DNA of 64,000 nucleotides. Source: Vicugna vicugna (taxonomy: Eukaryota). The translations under genes and the position numbers were made by a program. The notes beneath the pieces are model-generated. The model was given only the letters and a program-made list of their open reading frames with translations, was not told where the DNA came from and did no database searches. Positions 33,729 to 45,983 of the stretch are shown here, piece by piece. Positions within the stretch are counted from its first letter, which is position 1; every line of letters begins with the position of its first letter. The stretch covers positions 1,353,062 to 1,417,061 of the forward strand of contig MU057809.1 of assembly GCA_013265495.1 (NCBI GenBank), written 5' to 3'.

Positions 33729-35980
33729 CTGAAAACCCAAGTTCAGAGTTAACGTGGCAGACTGCCAGCACTCCCAGGCACAGCAGGAGGAAGTGTGTTT
33801 CCCAGAACACCGGACAAGGACGGGCTTTGGAAGAGAGCCGGCTGGGTGGGTGGGGGGAGCCTGGGCCGGCCCTCAGCTGGCAGGAGGCCTTGCACAAGAC
33901 GGATGAGGAGAGAACTCCCGCCCCCACAGGGCCCTTCCATGTGGGACCAGCCACTTTCCAGGCTGAGGTAACAGACTCCCAGGGGACAGTCTCTGCTTTA
34001 AGAGGCTGTCTTTAAAAACTGGAGTAACTATGGAGAAAGACCTCAGGGTTAGACAGGACAAGTCATCTTTGGGGAAGGTGGGGAGATGTTCTTGTCCTCA
34101 ACTTTTCACAGACTTTAGGCACAAGGCTCTAACAGAGAAAGGAAAGTCAAGTCACCGAGTGCAGCAATCTGAACCAGAAAAGCCCAGCCAACAATAAATG
34201 CTTAAAGCCGACAATTTCAGCAGAGACAAAAGGGAGGGAGAGCTAGTGTATAAGAGGGTACACGGGGCAGTAGAAAGTGAAAACGTAGATTTCCTTAGAT
34301 AAACTCAGACACAGCGGGGAAAGACTCTCCCTTGGTGACCCAACAGCAGGAAAGGAGTCTGTGTAGCAGCACTAGAAACAGCGCCAGGGTAGGTGGGGCA
34401 CCGCACAGCAAAGACAGGCAGCCGGCGAGCGCGTGGCCGAGCGCTCACGGCTCGCATCGAGGTCCCTAAAGTTCACGCCGGAGTAAAACGTGGTCACAGA
34501 AGACGACGGAGGGAAAGCGTTTCTCCAGCGTAACAGGACAAGGAAGGATTAGGGAGAAGGAACACTGTTCCTTGGTGACGTCTGGAAGAGGGAGCAGAAA
34601 GGTGAAGCTGGGACAGGGACGTGGGCGGAGGATGGACGTGGGAAGCGCAGCTGCAGCTGCGGAGACGGCGAACGCGGGTGGTGAGAGCCGCAGGATGCGC
34701 GTGCACGTGCGTGTGCGCATGCGTGCAGCCAATCACCTGCCAACGGGACACCACCGCGTCAAGCTGACCGTCCCTGCGGTCCCCCCCAACGCCCCCAAGA
34801 CGCAGACCGCCCTGTCCGCAGGCTGGGTTGGGTGTCCCCTGCCGGCGGACAGGGCAGCATCCCCAGTCCTGCCCGTTCACTCGCCGGCGTCTCTTCCAGG
34901 CTCCAGGTGCAGCCAGGAGAGAGGGGGCCAGCCGTCCCGCCCACCAGAGCAGAGTGGAGAGTAAGCGGAGGTACGGGGGTGCCCCCACAAAGCTGCAGCC
35001 TTCCCCCTCCAGCCCACTCCACACTCGCACTGCGGACGGGGGACAGCACCTACACTGGGGTTTAGATACAAAACCCAGGAGCCGAGGCCCGTGACAACTC
35101 GGTCCACAGCACCGCGCGGGGAGGGAGCAGGGCTGGAGGCGGCCGGGCCTCCGGGCCCAGGCCAGGGCGGCCCTGAGGGCCCTCCCGCCCGGCTGCTTCC
35201 TGCTCCGTTAGTGCAGGCTCTGGGAGATAACACCCGTATATTCCCCAAAGAACACCCCGTTTTTTCTTCTTCAGCAGTCAAACAACTTTTTAATTGGATT
35301 TTAAGGTCGTTTTTCGTTATCCTAGTAATACTTGAATATATTTTCTTGTAAAAAGAATTATAGATGAAACTACAGCCTTTGACCTCACCCCTCTCAACTA
35401 AATGTCATTATCAACTTTGTGTATAGACCTTAGCTTACGCATGCACACACGTGTGCACAACCACAGAGATTCTGGCATTTGTACATCTGTTTACATAAGT
35501 GGGATCCTCCCACACATATCTTTCTGCAACCTGCATTTTTTTTTCCACTCAACAAACTGTCTTGCTACTCTGCCCAGCCAGTTCCTGCGGACTTATGTCC
35601 TCCTTCCAGGACAGGAACATACACGGTCCAGTTCCCCACCCTGCTGACAGATACTGATACGTTACCAGTTTGTGCTACTACAAGCCCCTTCAATGGAAAC
35701 TCCCTGTGCGCACACGCAAGTGCTTCTCCAGGGCAGATGAGGACGAGCACAAGCGTTCCGTCACAGGGCAGAGGTCTGGCAAAGGGCAGCAGAGGGAAAA
35801 CTGCCCCCACCCTTGCGATCTACAATGTCTACTTTTAACCCACTTTAATTTAAAAAAAAACACAGCATCAGAACAAAAATGCAAAAAGCCTTTTCTCTGT
35901 ACAAGCATTCATTATTTATAGAATTCTACATCCTCACCAAATTAATCATATAGACATTTCTAAACGTAGCTGTGCTATTT

Positions 35981-36017
<37 letters not shown>
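35981..36017. repeat. (TA)n microsatellite
   Basis: Direct reading; one interrupting C. Confidence 0.95.
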
Positions 36018-36020
<3 letters not shown>

Positions 36021-37168
36021 AAAATGTCTTTCGGAACATGTTTTGATACAGCGGTATTCCAATGTGACTGGCTTCACCTCAAGTTTCCCCCTAAACTGGA
36101 CAGCTATAAATATCCTTGTGCAGATGGCTTCTTGTACTGGATTTCTTTCTTGAGACATAGTCCTAAAAAGAGCATTATTCAACCACCAGCAGGCACAGTG
36201 TCACAGATCGTCACTGCACACGGTCACATCGTCCCGGCCTTCACAGAGCTAACGGTCACTCACTGTGAGCCGTTTGGGTAAAGCTCTCAACCTCAGCTTC
36301 CTGATTTTAAAAATGGGAATTGACGTCCCCATGACAAAAAGTCCAATGTGCAAACTGTACAACTCTACAGCGTTTAAGAGTTCTGTTATTTAAAAACTAC
36401 TTATTGTGGAAATACATCGATTGGTTCGCAAGCACTTAAGCATTTACTTTGTGCTGTTTCAGCAGAGAGCTAGGCTGTAATCCTTTATTCAGAGTAGACC
36501 GCTTTTATTCCTTATCGATTTGCAGGGATTCGTTGCATATTCTGGAGAAAAACTCCGCTGTGTTCATCAGCAGTGCCCGCCCTCTGCCCCCTCCCCCTTA
36601 CACTGACCCACTTTCCTTTGTAGTCTTATGGGTTTTATTGTAAATTTTAAATTTATGTTCTCAAACCCATTAATCACATCATTAATGTGATTTTGTGTTC
36701 AACGATCTCAACGTTGAATCCCTGCCGGTTTTCTTTTAGCATTTTTGATTTCTTATAAACATGTGTTTCCTTGACTCATACGAGATTTATTGCGATACGT
36801 TTTTCTCCAACTGCTATAGTTTATTGCCACGGCATTATGGTACAGTGGTTCCACTTTCCATAATTTTGTTCCATTCAATCTGTGATGTATTATTACACAA
36901 CACACAAGAGGGGTTCGTATGTGTTTTAAGGCCCTAATTATATTCCTGCTTTGTTTCCCTGTTTTAAATCAGTGTCATCTGTTAAGTCTGATGTGTTTTT
37001 TTTCAGTCCCCCTCTGTGATGACCCTTTCCTACAGCAGCCTTTGGGCCAATGGTAAGCCTACTAGCCTCCCCCCTGAGCCCCTCCTGAAACCTGCCACTC
37101 CTCTAAAGGCTGCTTCTAACACCAGATTTCAGAGGACAGGTTACCTGTTCTGCTGAGATTATACTCAC

Positions 37169-37219
37169 CCAGCCAGTGTCAGGCCTTTTCTCTGCCAGAG
37201 TCCGAACAAAATCCGGGCC
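37169..37219 (-). CDS. IQCE: IQCE exon 8 (GPDFVRTLAEKRPDTGW)
   Basis: 51 nt, bounded by cag and gtgagt; ends in phase 0. Confidence 0.95.
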
Positions 37220-37350
37220 CTGCAGTGAGCAGATGGAGAAATGAAGACAAGGTGTGGTTTAGCGCCCCCTCGTGAGTCGGCCGAGGGCCCTGCATCCCCC
37301 CCACCCCCCCCACCAGCATCTGGACACCGCCGCGGAGGCCAGGAACCTAC

Positions 37351-37464
37351 CCGGGACGGATCCAAGAGCTGTTCTATCTGCCGGTCCTTTCGGCTGTTTT
37401 CCTCTTCTAAGCGCCGAAGCTTTGTTCTCATCAGATCCACATCACTCTTCTGCATGTGTAATGA
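37351..37464 (-). CDS. IQCE: IQCE exon 7 (SLHMQKSDVDLMRTKLRRLEEENSRKDRQIEQLLDPSR)
   Basis: 114 nt, bounded by cag and gtaggt. Confidence 0.97.
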
Positions 37465-38989
37465 CTGAAGGACAGAAGGACCACACGTACGGACACACAC
37501 ACCGTGCACACAGACACCCAGTGAGACACTGAGTTGAGAGGCGTTTTAAAAGCCGTCTAGTTCCCAATCAGGGCACTGTGTGTGCGGGGGCGGGGGGGGT
37601 GAGGGAGGTCTGGATGTCACCTGCCTCATTAGGGGCAGGACCACCCACACAGCTAGGAACTGCCACCCAAAGCGCCAACAGCACCCACCCCCGCCAGCCG
37701 CAAACGCTGCTCCACAAATCAGTCCTGTCAGCAGCGAGTCTGGAAGGTGCCAACACGACGTGTTCTCCACGTCCGCGTGGGAAAGCCCATGTTTCTGACA
37801 CCACACCTCATCATAGTCTAATGTCCTTTTAAAATTCTTCTCAACTAAGGCTCAGTTAGTCCGAGCTATGGTTCCCGAACGCTTATCTGTGGATGAATTT
37901 TTCACCAGCCCGTGGTGAGTTTAGAAGAAAGACTATCAATTTTTCACAAAACGAAGTTTATTTAATGTTTACAACTCTCCTGTATTTTGAAATTGTGTCC
38001 TTCCTACTGTTTTGGACACATACAGTCCTTTTATGAAATGGTGATGGAAGGGTTAGGGTATTCCAAAGTTTTGTTTTCAATGTCCTCACTTGAAAAAGCC
38101 TTTTCCTTGTCTGTGAAGCCACACAACCTGAAAGTGTACGGTTAAGACCGTGCTCAGAAGCCTCATGGGGAAACGGCCGCACAGGTCGGCCAGTGCTACA
38201 GTTACCCCACTTCCAGCATCGGCCCGCACCCGAATTAGCCAGTTATCTTGGAGGCGTCCTTCTCCTTTCAAGGGGCTTGTGGTGCTCAGAAGAGTCTGAA
38301 TGTCTGAACAAACCCAGCTGCCACCACTGAAAAGACAATTCAAAGTGTGCGTCCCACTGAGGGATGCCTGGAAAGCCAGCCACATGCCCACAGTTGGCAG
38401 GAGAGATGCCTGGCTCTTGATGAGTGTTCAGTGAGTAAGTCAGTTAATACACAGTCATTAGGAAAGAGAAGAAATCCGGTCATGGGAATTCTGCTTCCAG
38501 AAATACGGAGTACACTCACTTTTCCCTATTCCTCCTGCTCAGTACAGCTAAAAACCTCGGTCACTGCATGTAAAGCAAACACAAGAAGACTCGGAAAGGT
38601 GGAGAGGAGGAGGAAGACTAGCCGGGACCTCAGGATCCAGACAACGACAAGCAGGGGGCTCCTCCAGTTCTCCTTTGCCTCGCATGCCCTGGCCTGGCTG
38701 CTGCAGGGGCCCACGCTGGACAAGGCAGTGGGCAGGGACAGGAAAAGCCTCTGCTCTCTGGCAAAAAGGGGCAGCCTAACAAGGCAGAAAATGCACGTAC
38801 AGTAACTGCTCCGGCCCAGGGAAAGAGCGCAGGAAACACTGCTGGGGAGCCTGGACCCCAGCCTGCCAGGCTGCAGCAAGGTGCCCACCCCTCCTCACTG
38901 GGGCTGGGGGTGGGGGAAGGTGTGTCAGAGGAGGCCAACTGGAGGGCCAGGACTCTCACCATCCAGTGGTGACCAGGTCACACACAAAG

Positions 38990-39740
38990 CAAGATTGGCG
39001 AGTTAGATACTAACATACCAATAATTACATTAAATGTAAACGATCCAAACAAACCAATCAGAAGACGGAGACTAGCAAAGCGGATGAAAAAGCGTGACCC
39101 ATCCACATGCTGTCTGTAAGAAACTCGAAAGTAAAAGGATAGAGAGAGATGCCATTGAAACATTCATCAAAAAACATTCATCAAATCGTTAATCTGAACT
39201 AACATCAGACAAAGCAGAGAAGGGAAACTGACCGAACAGAATGGGACATTACGTAATGATTGTAAGGGTCCGGCCCCCAACAAGACAGCAGTCCTAAATG
39301 TGTGTCCACCAAGCAGAGCTGGAAAACACGTGAGGTGACACCCGACAGAGCTGACAGGGGAAACCAAGAAACCCACAATTACATTGGAGACATCAACACC
39401 CTTCTCCCAACAACTGATGGAGCAGCGGGACAGAAGGTCAGCAGGGGCACGAAAGAACTCAGACCACCAACAACCGACAGGCGCCAAGGGACATTCGTGG
39501 AACGCTCCACCCGGCCTCAGAATGCCCGTCTCTCCAAATGTCCACGGAGCCCACGTGTAGACAGACCACATCGTGGGCCACACAGCAAACCTCAACAAAC
39601 GTCCAAGAAATGAGGTTATTGAGTGCATTCTGTGGAGTCAAACTAGAGGTCGACAACAAAAACGGGAAAATCTTTAACTCTTAGAAACCAAACAACACGA
39701 TTCCAAACAATCACGGGTCCAAAAAATGCATTAAAAATGC
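38990..39740 (+). mobile_element. Old L1M ORF2 endonuclease-region remnant (frameshifted)
   Basis: ataattacattaaatgtaaacg (IITLNVNG-like), catccacatgctgtctgtaagaaactc and ttggagacatcaacacc (GDxNTP-like) motifs. No intact ORF. Confidence 0.8.
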
Positions 39741-39789
39741 ATTAAAAAATACAACATATCACAGTGGGCAGTAGGCAGTAACACAGTCT

Positions 39790-40250
39790 GAGGGGGAGGA
39801 ACTACAGACACAAGCGACAGCCAGGATGGACCTCACGAGAAAGAACGGAAGGAGACAAGCCCGAGGTCACACACCACACGACTCCATTTACATGACACTG
39901 TCAAGATGCCAACATTCCAGAGATGGAGGAAAATCAGTGGTTTCCAGGAGTGAGGGGTGGTGGGTGGGGAGGGAGGTGGGCGTGACATCAAGGGGCAGGA
40001 TGAGGACATCTCTGGGGTGTCAGGGCCATCATGTGTCTTGACTGCAATGCTGGTTACACAGGTCTACACATGAGATGATGTGACCCAGAACTACATATGC
40101 ACCCTGCACCCCGACATCAGTCTCCTGGTTTCGATATTGCACAATTGTCACGTGAGGCGTAACCACTGGAGGAGACGGGGTGAGGGTGCCAGGGCCTCTC
40201 TGCCCTAGCATCGTGACTTCCTGGGAGGCTGCCATTGTGTCACAGCGAGC
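39790..40250 (+). mobile_element. L1MC-type 3' end remnant
   Basis: gactccatttacatgac, agagatggaggaaaatcagtggtttccagg, gtcttgactgcaatgctggttacacaggtctacaca. Confidence 0.7.
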
Positions 40251-40309
40251 GTATGACAGGCTGACCTCGGACTGCATGTTAGGCAGGGCACTACCGCCCT
40301 TTCGTGGGC

Positions 40310-40400
40310 TAGTCTACGAACCCTCACAACAACCCTGAGAAATGGTACTGTTATTATCATCCCTGTTTTTCAACAGGAAACCGACGCATCACTTGCTTGA
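40310..40400 (-). mobile_element. MIR fragment
   Basis: cctcacaacaaccctgagaaatggtactgttattatcatccctgttttt. Confidence 0.7.
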
Positions 40401-41622
40401 GGAAAGCTACCCTGGACGCTCCAGATCCTGGAGCAACAGTGTTGAAAGTAAAACTCTCTTCTGTCGGGACTGAGAAGCTCAGGCTGACTTCGTTTGAATA
40501 AAGTCAGTACGATGCTACCCAGAGACTTGTTTCTGCCCCAGGAAAGCTCCTTCCGAGAGTGCTGCTGTGGGGATTAGTCGCAGTTTCAGGGACTCTGAGC
40601 TCACGCAGTACAGTCTCCGAACCCAGATAAGAATTCTCCTGTGGCACCCTGGGGAAAGTCACCCCACGTTCGCTGAACACCTCCCCAGACGGGGCTGCAG
40701 TGACCCCTTGGGCAAGACTTCCACTGCTACACATCCCTGGGCATGCTTGGACCCAGGAGAGGGCAGTGTCCCGCTGCTCAGGCGCGACGGTTGCCAGGCT
40801 CCTCACCGGGCCCTGGGCACGCTGGCCGCCAGCACCCTGCCGAACCCCTGCCGCCCAGACTGATCGCAGCCCTCGAGGTCCAGCTCGCCTGGTGGGGAAG
40901 GCAGGTCTGTGCACAGACCAGCGTGGCGGTGGGGGGAGCCCCAGCCGCTCCCCCAGCGGCACATGAGTATGTGCAGATATTAAAGAGCAGGCGGCAATCC
41001 TGGCGGTGGTGAAGGTGACGAGGGTGGTGATCATGAACTGCAGTGCCACGGGTGCTTCAGGGAGGGCAGCAGCAAGGGTCAGCGAGAAGAGCCTCAGCCC
41101 CGGGTGGCAGAGGGCCTCGCCAGAAAGCCCGGTTCTGCTACTGGTTGAACTCGGCTGGACGCCTAACCTCGCCGAGTCTCCGGGTCATCACCAGATGACA
41201 GCTGTAAGCTATCCAGGGGCTCCTGCAGAGCCCCACTGAGGTCGGGCGTGCGCAGTGCCGTTAACACCAAAGAATTACACACACGGGAGGTTTCTGGTAA
41301 CAGCACCCCCAGTGACCTTATCACAACGCCAAGCCTCAGGGCGCACAAGGACTACCCCAGTCCTCTCCACCGTGCCGGACAGGCCGGGCGCAGGTGGGCT
41401 CCAACCACCGTCGGCCCCTCATGCCCGCCGCTGGTGCGAGGCCTTCCTCTAGCCAGTGTCGCCCAGCTCCTCAGACCCCAGGCCAGGCGTCAGACCCAGG
41501 TGTCCCTCCAAACCGCGTGTTCTTTCCCCACAGATAATCCCAGCACGGATGCTGACTTCCCAGCCACTGTCATTAGCAGGCTTTCCTGCTTAAAATCAAC
41601 AAAGAAAAGCTGGAAACACTAC

Positions 41623-41693
41623 CTTCTTCAGCTCGATGATCTCATCATACATGTCCTCCTTCTCTCTGTGGATGGGGGTCCCAGGAACGGAGC
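41623..41693 (-). CDS. IQCE: IQCE exon 6 (GSVPGTPIHREKEDMYDEIIELKK)
   Basis: 71 nt, bounded by cag and gtagtg. Confidence 0.96.
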
Positions 41694-42573
41694 CTGCAGG
41701 GAGAAACACAGCCCTCTTACAGGGCCGTCTGAAAGGCAAGAGTTCTGGGCTATACCTTAACGAAAACCTGCAAGTTAATAACATTATCCCTTTTTTTTTT
41801 TTAAAGGAGAATAAAAAAGAAAAGCAAAAGTATTTCCACATTTTTAAACTGATCGTGCTCTTTCCCCAAAAGTGAGGAAATCCAGAAAGATGAAGGAAGA
41901 GAAAATGAAACATGTGAACTCGGGGCTTAATTATAGTAAAGGAGTAAAGACGGGAGTCTAACGGGGAAGTGATATGATAAACAGCAAACATAATAAAAAA
42001 ACAAACACACATGCGCTCACACTGACGAGCACGCCCGCGTCTAACGGACGGTGTGCGGGGCGCTCCGCGCCGTGTGATCCCTGAAGGGCCAGGACTCTGA
42101 CACACAAGCCCAAAATGGCCCTGCCAGCGGCCGGTGCAGCAAGGGGATGTTGCGGGCACTGGGACACACTGTCTCCACACTTCCCACGGGGCGGACAGGA
42201 AAAGCAGTGCCAGCCGAGGGAGGAAACACCCAGCTTAACACCAGACAGGAGGACAGAAACATGAAAACTAACCAACTCTTTCTGGTGAGATTTGGGCTTT
42301 TTAGTACTCTTTACAGTTTTTATCTCTAAGACTGCTTATCCAGTAAATTGAAATAGGACCCCAAGTGTCAGGAGGCAGGCACACTGAAGCCCCGGAAGAT
42401 GTCCCCGCCCACATCAGGGGCGGGACGGACCTTCAGGGGCTACCGTCCTCAGCACACCCGCAGACTCCTACAGATGGAACCCCAGATCTCACTGTCACAG
42501 CTCACCCCCAAGCCCCAGAGCCCTTCCTCTCGCTCTTCCTCAGTGGCGGCCATGTCACCATCAACATGCTCAC

Positions 42574-42708
42574 CGTGGCTGGCAGAACGCCTGAGATTTG
42601 ACCTCCTCATTCTTATGGCTTCTGTCAGATAGTCGGGGGTGCTGCTGGGGGGGGTGGTCCACGCACGCTCCAAGGTGAGGTCTGATCTCAGGGCTTGGGT
42701 CAGACTTC
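42574..42708 (-). CDS. IQCE: IQCE exon 5 (GSLTQALRSDLTLERAW...LRRSASH)
   Basis: 135 nt, bounded by cag and gtgagc. Confidence 0.95.
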
Positions 42709-43193
42709 CTGGTTTGAATGTGCACGGATTTAACAGAACAGGTACAAGCAGGTACAATAGGAGGCGTGGTCTCTATAATCAGTCTTCCGGATGAAGAACA
42801 CTCAGGGCCACCAGCAGCGTGTGGCACACGTTCGACCACCAGCTCTCAAGACAGATAAAGCCCCGATCGGTCGCATCTGCCCATCTCGGTGGTCTGAATA
42901 TTCCCTCCGCCCCCAGCTGAGCAGCCGGCTCCTGCAAGCCAGGAGGGGCGCCGTGGCACTCCCCGGGGCCCCACCCCGGGCGGGCGGCGGTGCCGGGCCA
43001 GCTGAGGCCCTCGCACGCAGACCACATGCGGACTACACTCTGCGCTGCGTGAAAGCAGAGGCACTGTGTCTCTGAGAACGTTCAGAACACTGTCATTCAG
43101 GCGAGCGGTATTTAGAGCTCTATCTCAAGTCCCCACCCGCCATTCTTAGCACTCCTCTCTGGGGCACGAAGGGCTTCTGCGGGGACCACATAC

Positions 43194-43322
43194 CTTGCCT
43201 GGAGCTTCCCAGCCACAGCTTCTGGGGGGTCAAGGACACTCTGCTGCCGAGGGGCATGCTCGCTGCTGTCCTCAGAGCTCTCCAGGAGGCCACTTTGCTC
43301 GGCTTAGCATGATAAGGTGATT
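43194..43322 (-). CDS. IQCE: IQCE exon 4 (KSPYHAKPSKVASWRALRTAASMPLGSRVSLTPQKLWLGSSRQ)
   Basis: 129 nt, bounded by tag and gtatgt. Confidence 0.96.
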
Positions 43323-43583
43323 CTAAAAAGCCAACACATGGTTTTAGAGGCGCAAAGTATCGATCCCCCTTGACATACATGCTTTAGAAAGACAAAAATG
43401 GCAAAGCAAAACATTCGCAAGGACATAGTAACAAGCCCAGAAGAACACGTTCTGACAAAAATAAAAAACATGTTATAACACGTTATAAAGTGCAGCTCTG
43501 CTGCATATGTGTACTTACATCTGTTTTTAAAATCCTATTGTAAAGAAATAACATAGGGGAAATTTATTTTAAAATATGAATCC

Positions 43584-43729
43584 GGGGGAGGGGGAGGGTA
43601 TAGGTCAGTGGTAGAGTGTGTGTTTAGCAGGCACCAGGTCCTGGGCTCCATCCCCAGCCCAAATAAATAACTAAACACATAAACCTAATTACCTCCCCCC
43701 AAAACAGAGACAAAAACAGAAAACAAAAT
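43584..43729 (+). mobile_element. Camelid tRNA-Ala-derived SINE (Vic-1 type), degenerate 13-bp target-site duplication
   Basis: ggggagggtataggtcagtggtagag head and aacctaattacctcccccc plus A-rich tail. Flanks aaaatatgaatcc (43571-43583) and aaaacatggatcc (43730-43742) match at 11/13. Confidence 0.88.
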
Positions 43730-45937
43730 AAAACATGGATCCAAAATTCTACCAATATTACATTACTTAATTTCCCATTCAACTTTTTCAGATATGTATG
43801 TATTTTTACAGAGTCGCAGTCATAGCGAACACACAATTTTATATCCTTTATACTTAACACTGTAAATACTTCTTTCATGTTGCCACAGAATATGCAAGTA
43901 ATATTATTTAGAACTTAATATGTAAAATAGAAGAAATGAGAAAAAAGTATACTTTTCCAAGTCATTTTTTATTTTGTCATCAAAATGAGGGAGAGATTTT
44001 AAAATTATATTTTAATCTGGGATTTTACTCTTTAATTATGTAAAGTAGGGAAATTACGCAAATTTATGCATAACCAAGTTGTTCATAAAATGTACTTGTA
44101 TTTCTTAAATACCAAAGAAATTTGTATCTGTAGAAGGTCCTGAGATTCTAAGTCTAATATATTTAATTTCTTGAAATTTCAAAGATTTTTCCACGGTTTC
44201 AGGATTTATGGAACGTTTTCCATTATTGTTCAGGACGAGGGAGTAAAGGCACATTGGACCCTGAGGCCCCTCCAGCCCCAGGACCACTGTGCTCCATTTC
44301 CAGGGTATTTGGAAGGCCTTCCAAACTTTAAACATGCATGTAAGTGCTCATTCATGAAAGCCAGTGATCAGAAAAAAGCCCACAAACGACATTTCCCTCC
44401 TAAATGGCTGGGATTCACCAATAAATAGTAAGAACCCTTCAGCGAAAGGTGGCCTATGGAGAAAGCCGGGAAGAGGGAAGAGGGGACGCAGCAGGAGGTG
44501 GACATCGGTGGTGGCTGACACGCCTGAGCACCAGTGAACCCGGGAAGCCCGGAAACATGGCCGCCGGCCCGCCCTCCTCAGGGGGCTCTGCCCACTGAAA
44601 ATCGCAGAACAGCGGGAGCTACAGACCCACAGGGACCGAGATTGGGAATTAAAGTAAAACACTAATTAAGTGAACAGGACAGACATGGCTCTGCTGCTCT
44701 GGCCCGGAAATCAGACAGGAGCACACCTACTGAGAGAGGATAGGGAAGGGGGCGGCGGGGGCCCGGGACAGGGCGGCCTGAGACCTGGGGAGCATGGCAG
44801 GGCCCTGAGAGAAGAGGCAGCTCAGCGGAGGGGACACAGTGCGTCGTGTCAGGTGAGCACTGTGCTGGGGGCCAGAACTTGTGCAGGGACGAGAGGTGCC
44901 CGGCGTGGCTGGGGTGAGCACGGCGAGGCCACTGAGTTACAGCACACCCCCTCCAGTTTTTAATGCTTTGGGGGGTCTGGCCACTCTAAATTACGTGAAA
45001 ACACAATTCTGACATTCACAGAAATCAAGATAAAATTTGATTGTTAGTATTTTCAACGCTTGAAATGTTTGACTTCCAGGAAGAATAATGAAAGATGGTC
45101 TAACCTTAGGTACTTTCTCGACAAAAAAGACTTAAACAAAATGGTCTGAAACGAGGAGGTCTAACACACAACACCCACACTGTCACTTCACATCTGCTCT
45201 CAGTTTTCTCCAGGGAAGGAGAGCAAGACACCCAAAGCCCAAACTGCTGGATGATTTCTTCCCAATGTTCATATTTACTTGTAATAATAAGACACGCTTG
45301 CTTTCCTTTGCAGGAATTTATCTTCCTAATTATGTTTTCTGGGGCTAATATGAAAGCTCATTTGTGTTCTCTGAGTGTCATGCTTAGGACAGTACGCTGG
45401 AAATACATGTGTACATAAGAGACATACAGACACACGCACACACGCACTTAACAAGGTCGGGCCAGGCTGCAGGACTGCGGGCAGCAAGGGGAAGCCAACC
45501 CAGGGCCTGGTCTGTCCCAAAGACAGCGGGAAGCAGAGAACTCAGCCCAGCACCCGATGAGCTGCTCTGGGTCTCAGGGAACAAGTCCTGCCTTTCCTTC
45601 ACTTTGGTGGCCTTGGGAAGAGCGAGGCGACTCCAAAAAGAGCACACAAAAGGCTGGAAGCACTGCGTCTTGTGGAGGGGCTCCCTGGGACAGTGACAAC
45701 TCCGGACCTCAGCCCCTGCTGGGCCTCCTCCCACTGGGACACCTGGGGAAGGCGCTGACCCAGGAGCGTGCCCCCAAGGTCCCAACACAAAACGGAGCAA
45801 ACCGGCAGGAAGGTCCTAAGTATTCAGAGAAGAAAACATTCCTGACCCTTCTCGCAGGACACCAGGAAGGACAGCTCCCGAGAACCAGCCTCTGAGTTAA
45901 ACTGGGAATTCGAAAGGTGGGCCCTGGTCATACTCAC

Positions 45938-45983
45938 TCAGGGATGTGGGCGGAGGCTTGTGGAAACTTCTCCTCCTTGCTTT
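45938..45983 (-). CDS. IQCE: IQCE exon 3 (KARRRSFHKPPPTSL)
   Basis: 46 nt, acceptor ctttcag, donor gtgagt. Confidence 0.95.

Noticed and set aside
33975-34040. Minus-strand ...DSLLKQRLSP... as a possible diverged IQCE exon 9
   Set aside because: Only LKQR matches. The flanking residues, length and splice sites do not fit the expected exon.
34737-34811. Candidate replacement exon ending AG|gtgatt
   Set aside because: The nearest AG gives 75 nt (wrong phase) and the translation is unrelated to IQCE.
35175-35221. Weak nucleotide resemblance (cactaacggagcaggaagcag) to the start of exon 9 near a cccag acceptor
   Set aside because: Needs several gaps, contains an in-frame TAA after the acceptor, and similarity does not extend. 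It cannot be distinguished from chance by eye.
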